From: a virus
Taxonomy: Duplodnaviria > Caudoviricetes
Strand: one strand, 5' to 3'
Virus record (IMG/VR): IMGVR_UViG_3300024309_000100
Span: 1 to 32,687 of that record
Length of the DNA stretch: 32,687 bases
In this document: positions 1 through 8,101 of the stretch, piece by piece
How the letters are laid out: each line of letters begins with the position of its first letter
How positions within the stretch are numbered: position 1 is the stretch's first letter
Program-made: the position numbers and the translations under genes
Notes under the pieces: generated by a model
Database searches by the model: none
What the model saw: the letters and a program-made list of their open reading frames with translations, nothing else
Told to the model about the DNA's origin: nothing

Positions 1-777
1 TCAGCGCCGCCGGCCACTCGACCAGGTGGTATAGATCCGCTCCTTCCGGGGTGCCCGACCCCTGCCGATGGTGTAGTCGATGGTCACGGTCCTGCCGGCG
101 AACCGGTCGAATCGCTCCCGCATTGCGGGGTGGTCGTTGATCGTAAGGATCGCTCGCCCCTGCAGGCCCGCCATCAGCTCGGCCATGCGGTCGTACTCAT
201 CGAGGCCGAACGCCAACCCGTACCCTTCGGTCTGCCAGTAAGGCGGGTCCAGAAAGAACAGCGTTTCCGGCGTGTCGTATCTGGCCAGGCAGGCATCCCA
301 CGGCAGCTGTTCAACAACGACGCGGTGCAGGCGAAGGTGCGCCGCGCTCAGATCTTCCTCCAAGCGCAGGAGGTTGATGGACTTCGGGGAGCGCGCGGCC
401 GTGCCGAAATTCTGCCCTGTGACCTTCCCTCCGAATGCCAAGCGTTGCAGATAGAAGAAGCGCGCGGCGCGCTGGATATCAGTCAGCGTGTCAACGTGCT
501 GCAGCTGCGCCCAGCGGAACATTTCGCGGCTGGTCAGCGCCCAGCGGAACTGGCGGACGAACTCGTCCAGATGGTTAGCAACCACCCGGTACAGGCGGAC
601 CAGCTCGCCATGCATGTCGTTGATGATTTCGACCTTCGCCGGCTCACGCGCGAACAGCAGCGCGGCGCCGCCTGCGAACGCCTCGACGTAGGTGTGATGC
701 GGGTTTTCAAAGAGCAGTGGCAGCAGGTGCTGCAGCAACCGGGTCTTCCCACCCGGCCAAGGGAACAGCGTTTTCAC
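1..777 (-). CDS. Dam-family (D12 class) N6-adenine DNA methyltransferase
   Basis: FPWPGGK N-terminus, motif I (EAFAGGAA), motif IV (FLDPPY); GTG at 777 follows AAGGTTGAG; the TTG at 786 is an alternative start. Confidence 0.93.
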   Translation of the reverse strand: MKTLFPWPGGKTRLLQHLLPLLFENPHHTYVEAFAGGAALLFAREPAKVEIINDMHGELVRLYRVVANHLDEFVRQFRWALTSREMFRWAQLQHVDTLTDIQRAARFFYLQRLAFGGKVTGQNFGTAARSPKSINLLRLEEDLSAAHLRLHRVVVEQLPWDACLARYDTPETLFFLDPPYWQTEGYGLAFGLDEYDRMAELMAGLQGRAILTINDHPAMRERFDRFAGRTVTIDYTIGRGRAPRKERIYTTWSSGRRR

Positions 778-817
778 TAATCTCAACCTTTGCGATAACG
801 ATGACCGAGACTGCTCG

Positions 818-924
818 CCCCTCGAGGGGGACGGGGCCTTGGCCGATGCTGGGTGGTGAGATCACCCATGTGGAGGCGTCTGGTCAGTAGTTGCACCTGC
901 TGGCCGGGCGCCCTGTTTTCACTA
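818..924 (+). ncRNA. Candidate structured RNA antisense to the methyltransferase leader
   Basis: Hairpins at 818-829, 850-868 and 875-912; the last is 16 bp with four G-U pairs that work only on the + strand; a closing stem 829-837/910-918 is also possible. Confidence 0.5.
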
Positions 925-1020
925 GTAAATACCGACGTTCAACTCGAACTCGAATATCGAAGTGACAGTCTTAGAGTCGCCGATCTTTGTGGATCAATGC
1001 TTCTAAGAGGCGCGAACCAA

Positions 1021-1677
1021 TTAAACTTGATGAAGATCGAAACTCAAACTCGACGTCGTAACAGTTCCGCTGGAACGCCTCATGTTCAGGGAAATATTTC
1101 CGTCAGCACTTGACGGAACTGCAGATGTAGAAAGCTGCGCGATTTCGATGATCCGGGTTGTGGACAGAACCGAGTACGACGAAGCTCCATTCGTTACAAC
1201 TTGCGAGTTGCCAATGCCGGAAGCGAAGAAGTGAACGAACTGACCTGAATAACTACCCGCCGCCACGCCGGACGGCAACCACGTCCCGCTGTCCACCGTT
1301 GACCACGTTGAAGCGGCAAAATTCGTATTCCGCTGCACCTGCCATGTCCCGTCCGCATTCACTACAAGACGGATCGCGGCCCGCGAATTTCCCGGCGACC
1401 CGGTAACGCCGGGGATGTTGTAGCGCTTGCTGTCGAATCCGAGTTTGTAGACAGCCGTCCCCTTCGCCGCCCACTTATTCGACAAGTCGATGCCGGCCGA
1501 GTCGCGGTAGTTGACGTTCGGGCCTTTCGATCCGAACGCGATGGGCGCATACCGCTCCCGCAAGTCCACACCGTCCGACGTGCGGAAACCCGTGTTCGCC
1601 GGCTTCGGCCCTTCGACATACAGGTCGAACAGGTCATCGAATTCCACGCCAGCACTGTTGCGGAGATTGGTCGCCAT
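1021..1677 (-). CDS. Tail fibre-associated / receptor-binding protein
   Basis: Last gene of the tail cassette; three N-terminal RxSxG[VI][DE] repeats; S/T/G-rich beta-like C-terminal half with visibly lower GC. Confidence 0.65.
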   Translation of the reverse strand: MATNLRNSAGVEFDDLFDLYVEGPKPANTGFRTSDGVDLRERYAPIAFGSKGPNVNYRDSAGIDLSNKWAAKGTAVYKLGFDSKRYNIPGVTGSPGNSRAAIRLVVNADGTWQVQRNTNFAASTWSTVDSGTWLPSGVAAGSYSGQFVHFFASGIGNSQVVTNGASSYSVLSTTRIIEIAQLSTSAVPSSADGNISLNMRRSSGTVTTSSLSFDLHQV

Positions 1678-1685
1678 GTTGGCGG

Positions 1686-2078
1686 TCAGCCCTCGGCGTT
1701 CTCGTCGGCGTCTCCGTCGCCTTCCGCGTCTTCATCCACGACCTCGACCGCGCGCTCGTTGTGCAGGTCGTCGTAGACCGCGCGGATGATCGCGGCAATG
1801 CCAACCGGGCTGATGTTGGACAGGTCGGCGCCGGTGACTGGATCGGTGCCAGCGTTGAAGGTGCGGGCACCGATGGCCGCCAGATCGGTCATCAGCGCTT
1901 CGCGCCCTTCCAGCTTCTCGCCCACGGTCAATCCGTCGGGGCTTGTCAGGTATTCCTCGCCCTGAAAGACGATCTGCGCACCCTGCTGTTGCGGATCGTA
2001 GAAGATGTGCGTCTCGGTGGCGATGCGCTCGACAGTGGAGCCGAGGGCGTTGGTGCGGATGCGGCTGTTGGTGGACAT
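1686..2078 (-). CDS. Hypothetical protein, probably a tail fibre accessory
   Basis: AGGAG SD upstream; tightly packed between two fibre genes; acidic C-terminus. Confidence 0.7.
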   Translation of the reverse strand: MSTNSRIRTNALGSTVERIATETHIFYDPQQQGAQIVFQGEEYLTSPDGLTVGEKLEGREALMTDLAAIGARTFNAGTDPVTGADLSNISPVGIAAIIRAVYDDLHNERAVEVVDEDAEGDGDADENAEG

Positions 2079-2079
2079 T

Positions 2080-3153
2080 TCAGCTCCTATTCGATTCGAG
2101 GGTTGCGATGCGTTCGTCCTGCGCCTGCACGATGGCGTTCAGGTCTTGGAATGCCTTGGCGTAGACGGCCAGCAGCTGCTCGATGTCGTAGCCGCCGTAT
2201 CGACGCGGCTGGCTGGCACCCGGAGGCGTGGCCTCGATGCCCTTGCCGCTGGCCGCCTGCGGGATCACCTCCGCGATGTTCTCGTGGATCAGGAACACTC
2301 GCTCGCGGTTGTCCGGGTTGAACCACTTGCGGTACTTGCCCAGCGTGGTCTCCAGCTTCAGCACGGCATCAAGGCCATACGGGTTCTCGCGGAACGCGGT
2401 CTTCAGTTCGCGCGACGACGTGGGCTGGAAGCCGCCGCTGCCGCCGATCTGGCCGGCTGCCGTGATGGCGCCACCGAAACTCGTACTTCCCCCATCCCCA
2501 TTGATGACCAGTGTCGCTGTGGCGCCATTGTTGACGGCCATGATTTCATTGCCGTCCATGCGGACGTTTGCACCGGTGTCTGGACCGATTTGAAAGGCGT
2601 GGTTTGTCGAGGAAAGGGAGACATCCGTCGTGACAGTGAGACGAATGCGAGGGGCAGTGATATTGCCGGTTGAAGTAACCGGACCGGTAAAATTTGCGCC
2701 GGTCAGAGATGCCTTTCCGGCCAGTGCATCAACAAGGCCATCGATATCGGCCATCACATGCGTATGGTCTATCGCCGCTAGGCCGTTCAACACGGCCACC
2801 AGGTCCTCCACGTCGCCGATCTGGTGCTGGTGACCCACCAAGGCGTAATCGCCGGTCGGCTGCATCCCGTCGAGCGCGTCGCGCAGGCCCGGAATCGTGT
2901 CGATCGTTGCGGCACTGGCGGCAATCTTGCGGATAGCCTGCAACAGCTGCGAATCATCGTCGCGATCCAGTTCCAGGTCGGCGGCCAGGACAACGGCCGC
3001 GAACTCTTCCTGCATCATGTTGAACCAGTCGGCGCCGGGGACGGTCGCGGCTACACCAGCGATGAAGTCACCTGATGTGAAATAACCCGGCGTCCCCGGC
3101 TCTTGGCGAGCAGGCGGTACGGGTACGGCGGTGGCTACATCGATGCGATGCAT
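2080..3153 (-). CDS. Tail fibre protein with C-terminal intramolecular chaperone (Peptidase S74-like)
   Basis: MHRID...GYFT.G...ADWFNMMQEE baseplate-anchoring N-terminus; HxH..DI.GL..AL repeats; SSRELK motif and terminal coiled coil. Confidence 0.85.
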   Translation of the reverse strand: MHRIDVATAVPVPPARQEPGTPGYFTSGDFIAGVAATVPGADWFNMMQEEFAAVVLAADLELDRDDDSQLLQAIRKIAASAATIDTIPGLRDALDGMQPTGDYALVGHQHQIGDVEDLVAVLNGLAAIDHTHVMADIDGLVDALAGKASLTGANFTGPVTSTGNITAPRIRLTVTTDVSLSSTNHAFQIGPDTGANVRMDGNEIMAVNNGATATLVINGDGGSTSFGGAITAAGQIGGSGGFQPTSSRELKTAFRENPYGLDAVLKLETTLGKYRKWFNPDNRERVFLIHENIAEVIPQAASGKGIEATPPGASQPRRYGGYDIEQLLAVYAKAFQDLNAIVQAQDERIATLESNRS

Positions 3154-3154
3154 C

Positions 3155-3673
3155 TTAAATCTCCACGAATTGGCACAGCGTATGCGCCGGCTTCAGGTCG
3201 TCGAATACCGCAGCGAGCGCGGCATCAGTGGCGGCGGTCGCACCCGGCGGCCGTTTATCGATATGCACCTGCCAAACGAACAGCGCGCCGGACAGATACA
3301 GGGGCTCGGCGACGCTGCTGTGTCCCACCCGCCACGGTTGCGGCTCGGTGATCGTGATCGCATACCCGGCCGCCGCGGCGAGGCGGACAAAATAGGGGAT
3401 CGACAGTCCGCCCAGCTCCCCCAGCTTGCTCAGCACCGCCTGCACCCGCTCGGCCTGGCCCACCTGCGGCTTGGAAGCCAGCGCAAGCACTCGCTCCCAG
3501 TCCGAAATGGCGGCGTCAGCCGTAGCCGGATGCAACGCACCCGCAATTGATTCAGCGCGCTGAATACCAGCCTGCAGGGCATTGGCTTCGGCATCGATGA
3601 CAGCACCGACAACAGGACCAGCCGTGTCGTAGGCGACCGGCGGCAGCATCCTGCGCAGCAGGTCCGCAAGCAT
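3155..3673 (-). CDS. Baseplate protein, Mu gp48/YmfQ (DUF2313)-like
   Basis: DWERVL, GGLSIPYF and LKPAHT motifs; follows baseplate J. Confidence 0.88.
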   Translation of the reverse strand: MLADLLRRMLPPVAYDTAGPVVGAVIDAEANALQAGIQRAESIAGALHPATADAAISDWERVLALASKPQVGQAERVQAVLSKLGELGGLSIPYFVRLAAAAGYAITITEPQPWRVGHSSVAEPLYLSGALFVWQVHIDKRPPGATAATDAALAAVFDDLKPAHTLCQFVEI

Positions 3674-4743
3674 CACGGCATCAGCTCCAGCGAAACGCTA
3701 CCCAAGCGCACCCATTCCACGCGGCTCGCGTCGACCACGGGTTCCAGATTGGATGCCGGCGTCAGCAGTTCGCGGTCCACCACGCCAGGCAGGCCAGAAA
3801 TGACGGCTTCCACGCGGCTGCGGTAGAGCATCTCGCCGGGGGCGAGCGAATCCAGCAGCGCAGCCAGTTGGTCCTCTGCCGCTTCCTGCACCGTGTCCAG
3901 GCTGTAGCCATCTGCCAGCCGCACGCGTGCGGTGATCTCGGCCTCAATCAGCGTCGGGCCGAACACAACCGAATCCCAGGCGGTGACCGGGCGCAGTTCA
4001 TTGATACGTGCCTGCACCTGCTGGACAAGCTCGGCCGAGGGCAGGCCCGCGGCGGAAACAATGACCACATCCACCGTACCCAGCCCACGGCGCAGCGGGT
4101 ACACGTAAGCCGCGGTGACGCCTGGCACTTCGCGTGCCCAGCGGCGGTAGTCGTAGCGGTTGCCGCCGGCAGGGGGGCGGCGAATCAGGTCGAGCAGGCG
4201 CGCCAGCAGCTGCGCGTCGCTTTCGGCGTCAGTTCCGCCGGCCAGCGGATCGACCAGGACGGCGGGAGCATCGATGCCCAGTGGCGGGCTGGTCAACGTC
4301 ACATCGCCACTCAACCCGGTCGCATCGCTGCCGGGGGTGACTGCCGCCACGCGCACGGTGGCCCTGCCCGTGGCGCTGATGGTCCCATGCGTGGTGGTCG
4401 TGAGCAGAACGCCAGCGGGATGACGGACGCTGATGCCCACGGGCACCGGTGTGCCAAGCGATCCGGTGACGCGCAGCGCGCCGCTGGCCGTCGTAGCCGG
4501 CTTGCGGCTCAGCCCACGGTCGGCCGCATGCTGCTCCAACCCCTCCGCATCGGCGGTATCGGGGAAGATTTGCCGGTACAGCCATGCCTGGTGCTGGTAG
4601 ACCCCCTCGATGGCCGCAGCCACGCCAGACGCGCGGACATAGTGGTCACTATCGACACCGATGGCGGCATCGGGCAGCACGCTGCGAATGTCGCGCAAGA
4701 TGCCATCGCGGATGGCTTCAAATGTTGGCGGTTGCAGAGGCAT
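3673..4743 (-). CDS. Baseplate J / Mu gp47 wedge protein
   Basis: QIFPDTAD, GGTDAESD, PPAGGNRYDY..WA.EVPGV and RRGLGTVDV motifs. Confidence 0.95.
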   Translation of the reverse strand: MPLQPPTFEAIRDGILRDIRSVLPDAAIGVDSDHYVRASGVAAAIEGVYQHQAWLYRQIFPDTADAEGLEQHAADRGLSRKPATTASGALRVTGSLGTPVPVGISVRHPAGVLLTTTTHGTISATGRATVRVAAVTPGSDATGLSGDVTLTSPPLGIDAPAVLVDPLAGGTDAESDAQLLARLLDLIRRPPAGGNRYDYRRWAREVPGVTAAYVYPLRRGLGTVDVVIVSAAGLPSAELVQQVQARINELRPVTAWDSVVFGPTLIEAEITARVRLADGYSLDTVQEAAEDQLAALLDSLAPGEMLYRSRVEAVISGLPGVVDRELLTPASNLEPVVDASRVEWVRLGSVSLELMP

Positions 4744-4754
4744 TTGAAGGGGCT

Positions 4755-5102
4755 TTAGATAACGCTGACAGGGTGTTCAAAGGTCTGGCGTTGGCCGGCG
4801 CCATCGGTGACTTCGATCACCAACAGGAGCCAACCGTTGGCGCGGCGCGTACTGACTTCGATTGCACGCGCCCGGCCGTCTGCGATCAGCGGTTGCAGGG
4901 CCTGTTCTGCGTATTGCCTTGCGAGTACGGCGACACGCTGCAGGTCCTTCTCGCGCTTCAGTTCGTGCAACCTGCTGCCCAGCGAAGGGGCCGCGAACCA
5001 ACTGCCTACCGGAACTACCAATCGAAGGTAGACCGCGTTGGCAAGGGTCGTGATTCGCCTTCCTGTAAGGTCGCCGGTCTGCGGATCAATCTGCGCGTCC
5101 AT
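4755..5102 (-). CDS. Mu gp46-like baseplate protein
   Basis: GSW...LGSRLHEL.REK and YAEQALQPLI.DGRA motifs. Confidence 0.92.
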   Translation of the reverse strand: MDAQIDPQTGDLTGRRITTLANAVYLRLVVPVGSWFAAPSLGSRLHELKREKDLQRVAVLARQYAEQALQPLIADGRARAIEVSTRRANGWLLLVIEVTDGAGQRQTFEHPVSVI

Positions 5103-5665
5103 TACTGCTCCTGATTCGGTTTTGCGGTCTTGCCCGAACCGGCCTGCACACCACCGTGGTCATGCTGGTTATAGATTTCACGGTCGGCCGCCATCGTGCG
5201 GACCTGGTCGCTGACATCGCCATCGGCATGCACGTCGTTGGTGGCTTCCACCAGCGGCGTTTCAAATCGCACCTTGCTGCTGGCTTTCACCAGCAGCGTT
5301 TCCGTCACCAGCTCCATGACACGGCCACGCTTTAGAAGGATGTGGTCGCCCTCATCGGTGTGCAGTGCCACTTCGCCTGGCTGCAACTGGATGCGGTAAC
5401 GGCCGTCGACGCTGGCGATGATCACGCCGTGGGCCGACGATCCGCCCATCGGCAGGATGACAACCTCGGCCCCTTCCAGCGGGGCGCTGGCGAAGCCGTA
5501 GTGCTGCATCAGCTCCGCCTGCAGCTGCTCGCTGTCCAATCCCTTGACCTGCGCCGGGGGCAGCACCCGAGTGGCGTCCAGGCGCTTGAGCACCCCCCGT
5601 ACTGCTTGCCGGGCCGTATTGCCGGCGCGTTTCGCCGCGCCACGCAGAGCACGTCCCAAGCTCAC
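5102..5665 (-). CDS. Baseplate spike, Mu gp45 / gpV
   Basis: QHYGFASAP, GEVALH and C-terminal HDH metal-binding tip; GTG start. Confidence 0.92.
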   Translation of the reverse strand: MSLGRALRGAAKRAGNTARQAVRGVLKRLDATRVLPPAQVKGLDSEQLQAELMQHYGFASAPLEGAEVVILPMGGSSAHGVIIASVDGRYRIQLQPGEVALHTDEGDHILLKRGRVMELVTETLLVKASSKVRFETPLVEATNDVHADGDVSDQVRTMAADREIYNQHDHGGVQAGSGKTAKPNQEQ

Positions 5666-6768
5666 AGGTACTGCCCTCCGTCATCCTTCGGCTGGCGCTT
5701 CTTGCCCTTCTTGCCGGCGTCCTGGCCGAGAATCCATGCCTTGTCCTCGCGCAGGCGCAATTCGGTGATGGCCCCATGCTGCCGGGTAAGGCGCAACGTG
5801 CGCCCCATGATGAAATAGACATCGTCCAGTGCGTGCGGCTCGCTGGTGACTTCCACACGCTGGCCTGCAGCCCACACGGCTCCATTGGGCGCGCGCCAGC
5901 CCGGCACGATTGCGCGGCCCTCGAATCCCTCCATCAGGCTGTCCGCCAGCAGCTTCTTTGCCCGCGAGGTGGCCAGGCTGGTGCTATCGCAGGCGCTGTC
6001 CACGACAACGCGCGGGCGGAAGATGCCGCGCCTGGCCAATGCTTCATCCTTGGCCAGGGCCTTGAGGGTGGTGCGATTGCTCTCCCAGTCGTCGGCATCA
6101 AAAGCACCGTGCTGGCCCAGCACCGTGACTTCGCTGTACCGCTGCGCGATGCTGCGGCGGACGGTGAGGCGTTCGATGTTGTTGCCCCGGCCATCGCGGT
6201 GCAGCTGCAGGCGCCCGACCGTGGGAACGCTGTAGTCCGGCCCGCCCACGATCAGCGTGCCGTCAGGATCTACCCACGGCCAGACACCGTTGGCTTCGGC
6301 CACCTGCAGCAACACCTCCCACGCGCTCTGCCCTGGCTGTATCTGCACGCGACGGCGCAACGCCGCGTCCGGCACCTGCAGGCGCACCTTGGCAATACCC
6401 AGGGGCTTTGCCACCTGGTCCACGATCTGCTGCAAGGTCGCATCGCGCATGGAAACAAATGGCGTGGAGCAATCGACCAGGAAGCCGGCCAGGTCACGGC
6501 CGATTACCCGCACGGCGTGCGAGCTGCGCGACACTTCATGCTCCACCTCATCCAGCCGCCCGGTAAGCACCAGGTCATCGTCCAACTGCAGCTGGCATGG
6601 CGCGCCCTCGGCGACTTCCACCGGCAAGGTGCCGCTTTGGTCGGTGTGCAACTCCAGCTCGAATGCATCGGCCGCAATCAGCAAGTCGCTATCGACCGAG
6701 AAGCCGGTCCAGCGGGCATTGGAGACCCCGCCAACGCTCAGGCGGATCGAATCAGCGGGCGTATGCAT
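5662..6768 (-). CDS. Baseplate hub, Mu gpP (gp44)
   Basis: VDSDL..AADAF, GRD.AG.LVDCS and QRYSEVTV.GQ motifs; start moved to ATG 6768, which overlaps the gp43 end. Confidence 0.9.
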   Translation of the reverse strand: MHTPADSIRLSVGGVSNARWTGFSVDSDLLIAADAFELELHTDQSGTLPVEVAEGAPCQLQLDDDLVLTGRLDEVEHEVSRSSHAVRVIGRDLAGFLVDCSTPFVSMRDATLQQIVDQVAKPLGIAKVRLQVPDAALRRRVQIQPGQSAWEVLLQVAEANGVWPWVDPDGTLIVGGPDYSVPTVGRLQLHRDGRGNNIERLTVRRSIAQRYSEVTVLGQHGAFDADDWESNRTTLKALAKDEALARRGIFRPRVVVDSACDSTSLATSRAKKLLADSLMEGFEGRAIVPGWRAPNGAVWAAGQRVEVTSEPHALDDVYFIMGRTLRLTRQHGAITELRLREDKAWILGQDAGKKGKKRQPKDDGGQYL

Positions 6769-8101
6769 ACAGCACCTGGCCACGGGCAATCGCATACGGC
6801 GAGCGCAACGAGGGATTGAGTCGCAGCAGCTCCACAGCGCGGCGATGGTCGCCATACCACTGATGGGCCAGCATCCGCAGGCAGGTATCGCTGGTGACGG
6901 TGCGTGCGGACAGCGGCGGGCGGGCAAGGATGACGCGTCGTGCGCCGGCCTGGATCAGTGCGGCGAGGTTGCGTAGCGGCTCAATGACCAGCAGCGCATG
7001 CTCCACGCCGCACAGGCGGCGATGCAGCAGAATCGCCCCCTGCAGCATCGCCCGCGCCTGGTTGCTCAGCCGCTCAATGTCCTGCGGCGCGAGCGTCGCC
7101 TCCGCTCGTTCGGCGTCCAGCACATCGGCCACGGCCTGGGTAAGCGCCAGCGCCTGCTCGCTGGTCACCAGCAGCACCAATCCCAGCGCATGGGCATTGA
7201 GCGGCTCGCCGGGGAAACCCTTGGGGAAATCCTTGTCCAGGGTCGGTTCCACCCCAAGCCGGCCGAACTCCTGCAGGTCGGCCCACGCACGCTCGGCCAG
7301 TGCCGGCAGATCACTGGCGCTGGCCAACTGGCGCGGCAGCAACGTATCCGCCAGCGTTCGGATGTCGATATCCCCGCTGCTGGTCGACGGGACGCTGGCA
7401 TCCAGCAGCCCGCGCACGGACATGGGGACCAATGCCGGCATCGCGATAGGGTCGAGCGATGGCGTCGACTGATGGGCCATGTCGGCCAGCCCGGCGAGTA
7501 GGCCCATCGTCTGGCTGCGCAGTTGCGCCAGGCGCGTGCTGATGCCCGGCAGCCCCGTCAGCTGTTCGACCAGGCCGACGAATCCCCCACCGAGGTAGGT
7601 CTGTGCCTGTGCAACCAAGCCCTCCACGCGTGCGAACAGATCCCGGACCTTGTCGCGCCAGTCATCCGCATCGGCATCATCCAGCCCTGCGATTGCGCCT
7701 TCGGTGGTGGTGAAGGTTCGCTGGAAAAATGCTGTATCTGCCTCGCTCTCCACGAATGCCAGGCCGACTTCGGCGTAGTCCGGCCGCTCTGCATCGTGGG
7801 TGACCTCCCAATCGTCCACGGCCACGGTGAGGCTGCCGTAGATGGGGTGGATCAGCTCGCCCGTACCCGGTGTCTCGACGGCCGCGATCAGCGCCTGCAG
7901 GGCCGACTCGTAGTCGTCGCCGAATACCACCACGCGCATCTGGATCAGCAGCGCCTCGCGGCCGAGGTCCTCGACCGTGTCGCCATTGCGGTAGGGCGCC
8001 CCGTGGCGGGCGAGCGCCCGCTTGCCTTTCAGCCCATCGCCCAGGACCTGCAGCGGCACGCCGCGGAACTGCGCGTCCAGCAGGTTGTTTTCCCAGCTCA
8101 T
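6752..8101 (-). CDS. DNA circularisation protein, Mu gpN (gp43)
   Basis: W...LLDA.FRGV, VEDLGR, GELIHP.YG, and C-terminal LAHQWYGD..RA.EL.RLNP. Confidence 0.92.
   Translation of the reverse strand: MSWENNLLDAQFRGVPLQVLGDGLKGKRALARHGAPYRNGDTVEDLGREALLIQMRVVVFGDDYESALQALIAAVETPGTGELIHPIYGSLTVAVDDWEVTHDAERPDYAEVGLAFVESEADTAFFQRTFTTTEGAIAGLDDADADDWRDKVRDLFARVEGLVAQAQTYLGGGFVGLVEQLTGLPGISTRLAQLRSQTMGLLAGLADMAHQSTPSLDPIAMPALVPMSVRGLLDASVPSTSSGDIDIRTLADTLLPRQLASASDLPALAERAWADLQEFGRLGVEPTLDKDFPKGFPGEPLNAHALGLVLLVTSEQALALTQAVADVLDAERAEATLAPQDIERLSNQARAMLQGAILLHRRLCGVEHALLVIEPLRNLAALIQAGARRVILARPPLSARTVTSDTCLRMLAHQWYGDHRRAVELLRLNPSLRSPYAIARGQVLYAYAR

Noticed and set aside
787-1020. com translational activator gene
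   Set aside because: No minus-strand frame with paired CxxC motifs; the 86-aa + ORF at 853-1113 lacks an SD and overlaps structured sequence
920-1330. Diversity-generating retroelement or invertible segment at the adhesin tip
   Set aside because: No reverse transcriptase or invertase, and the relic similarity is not an adenine-specific template/variable repeat pair
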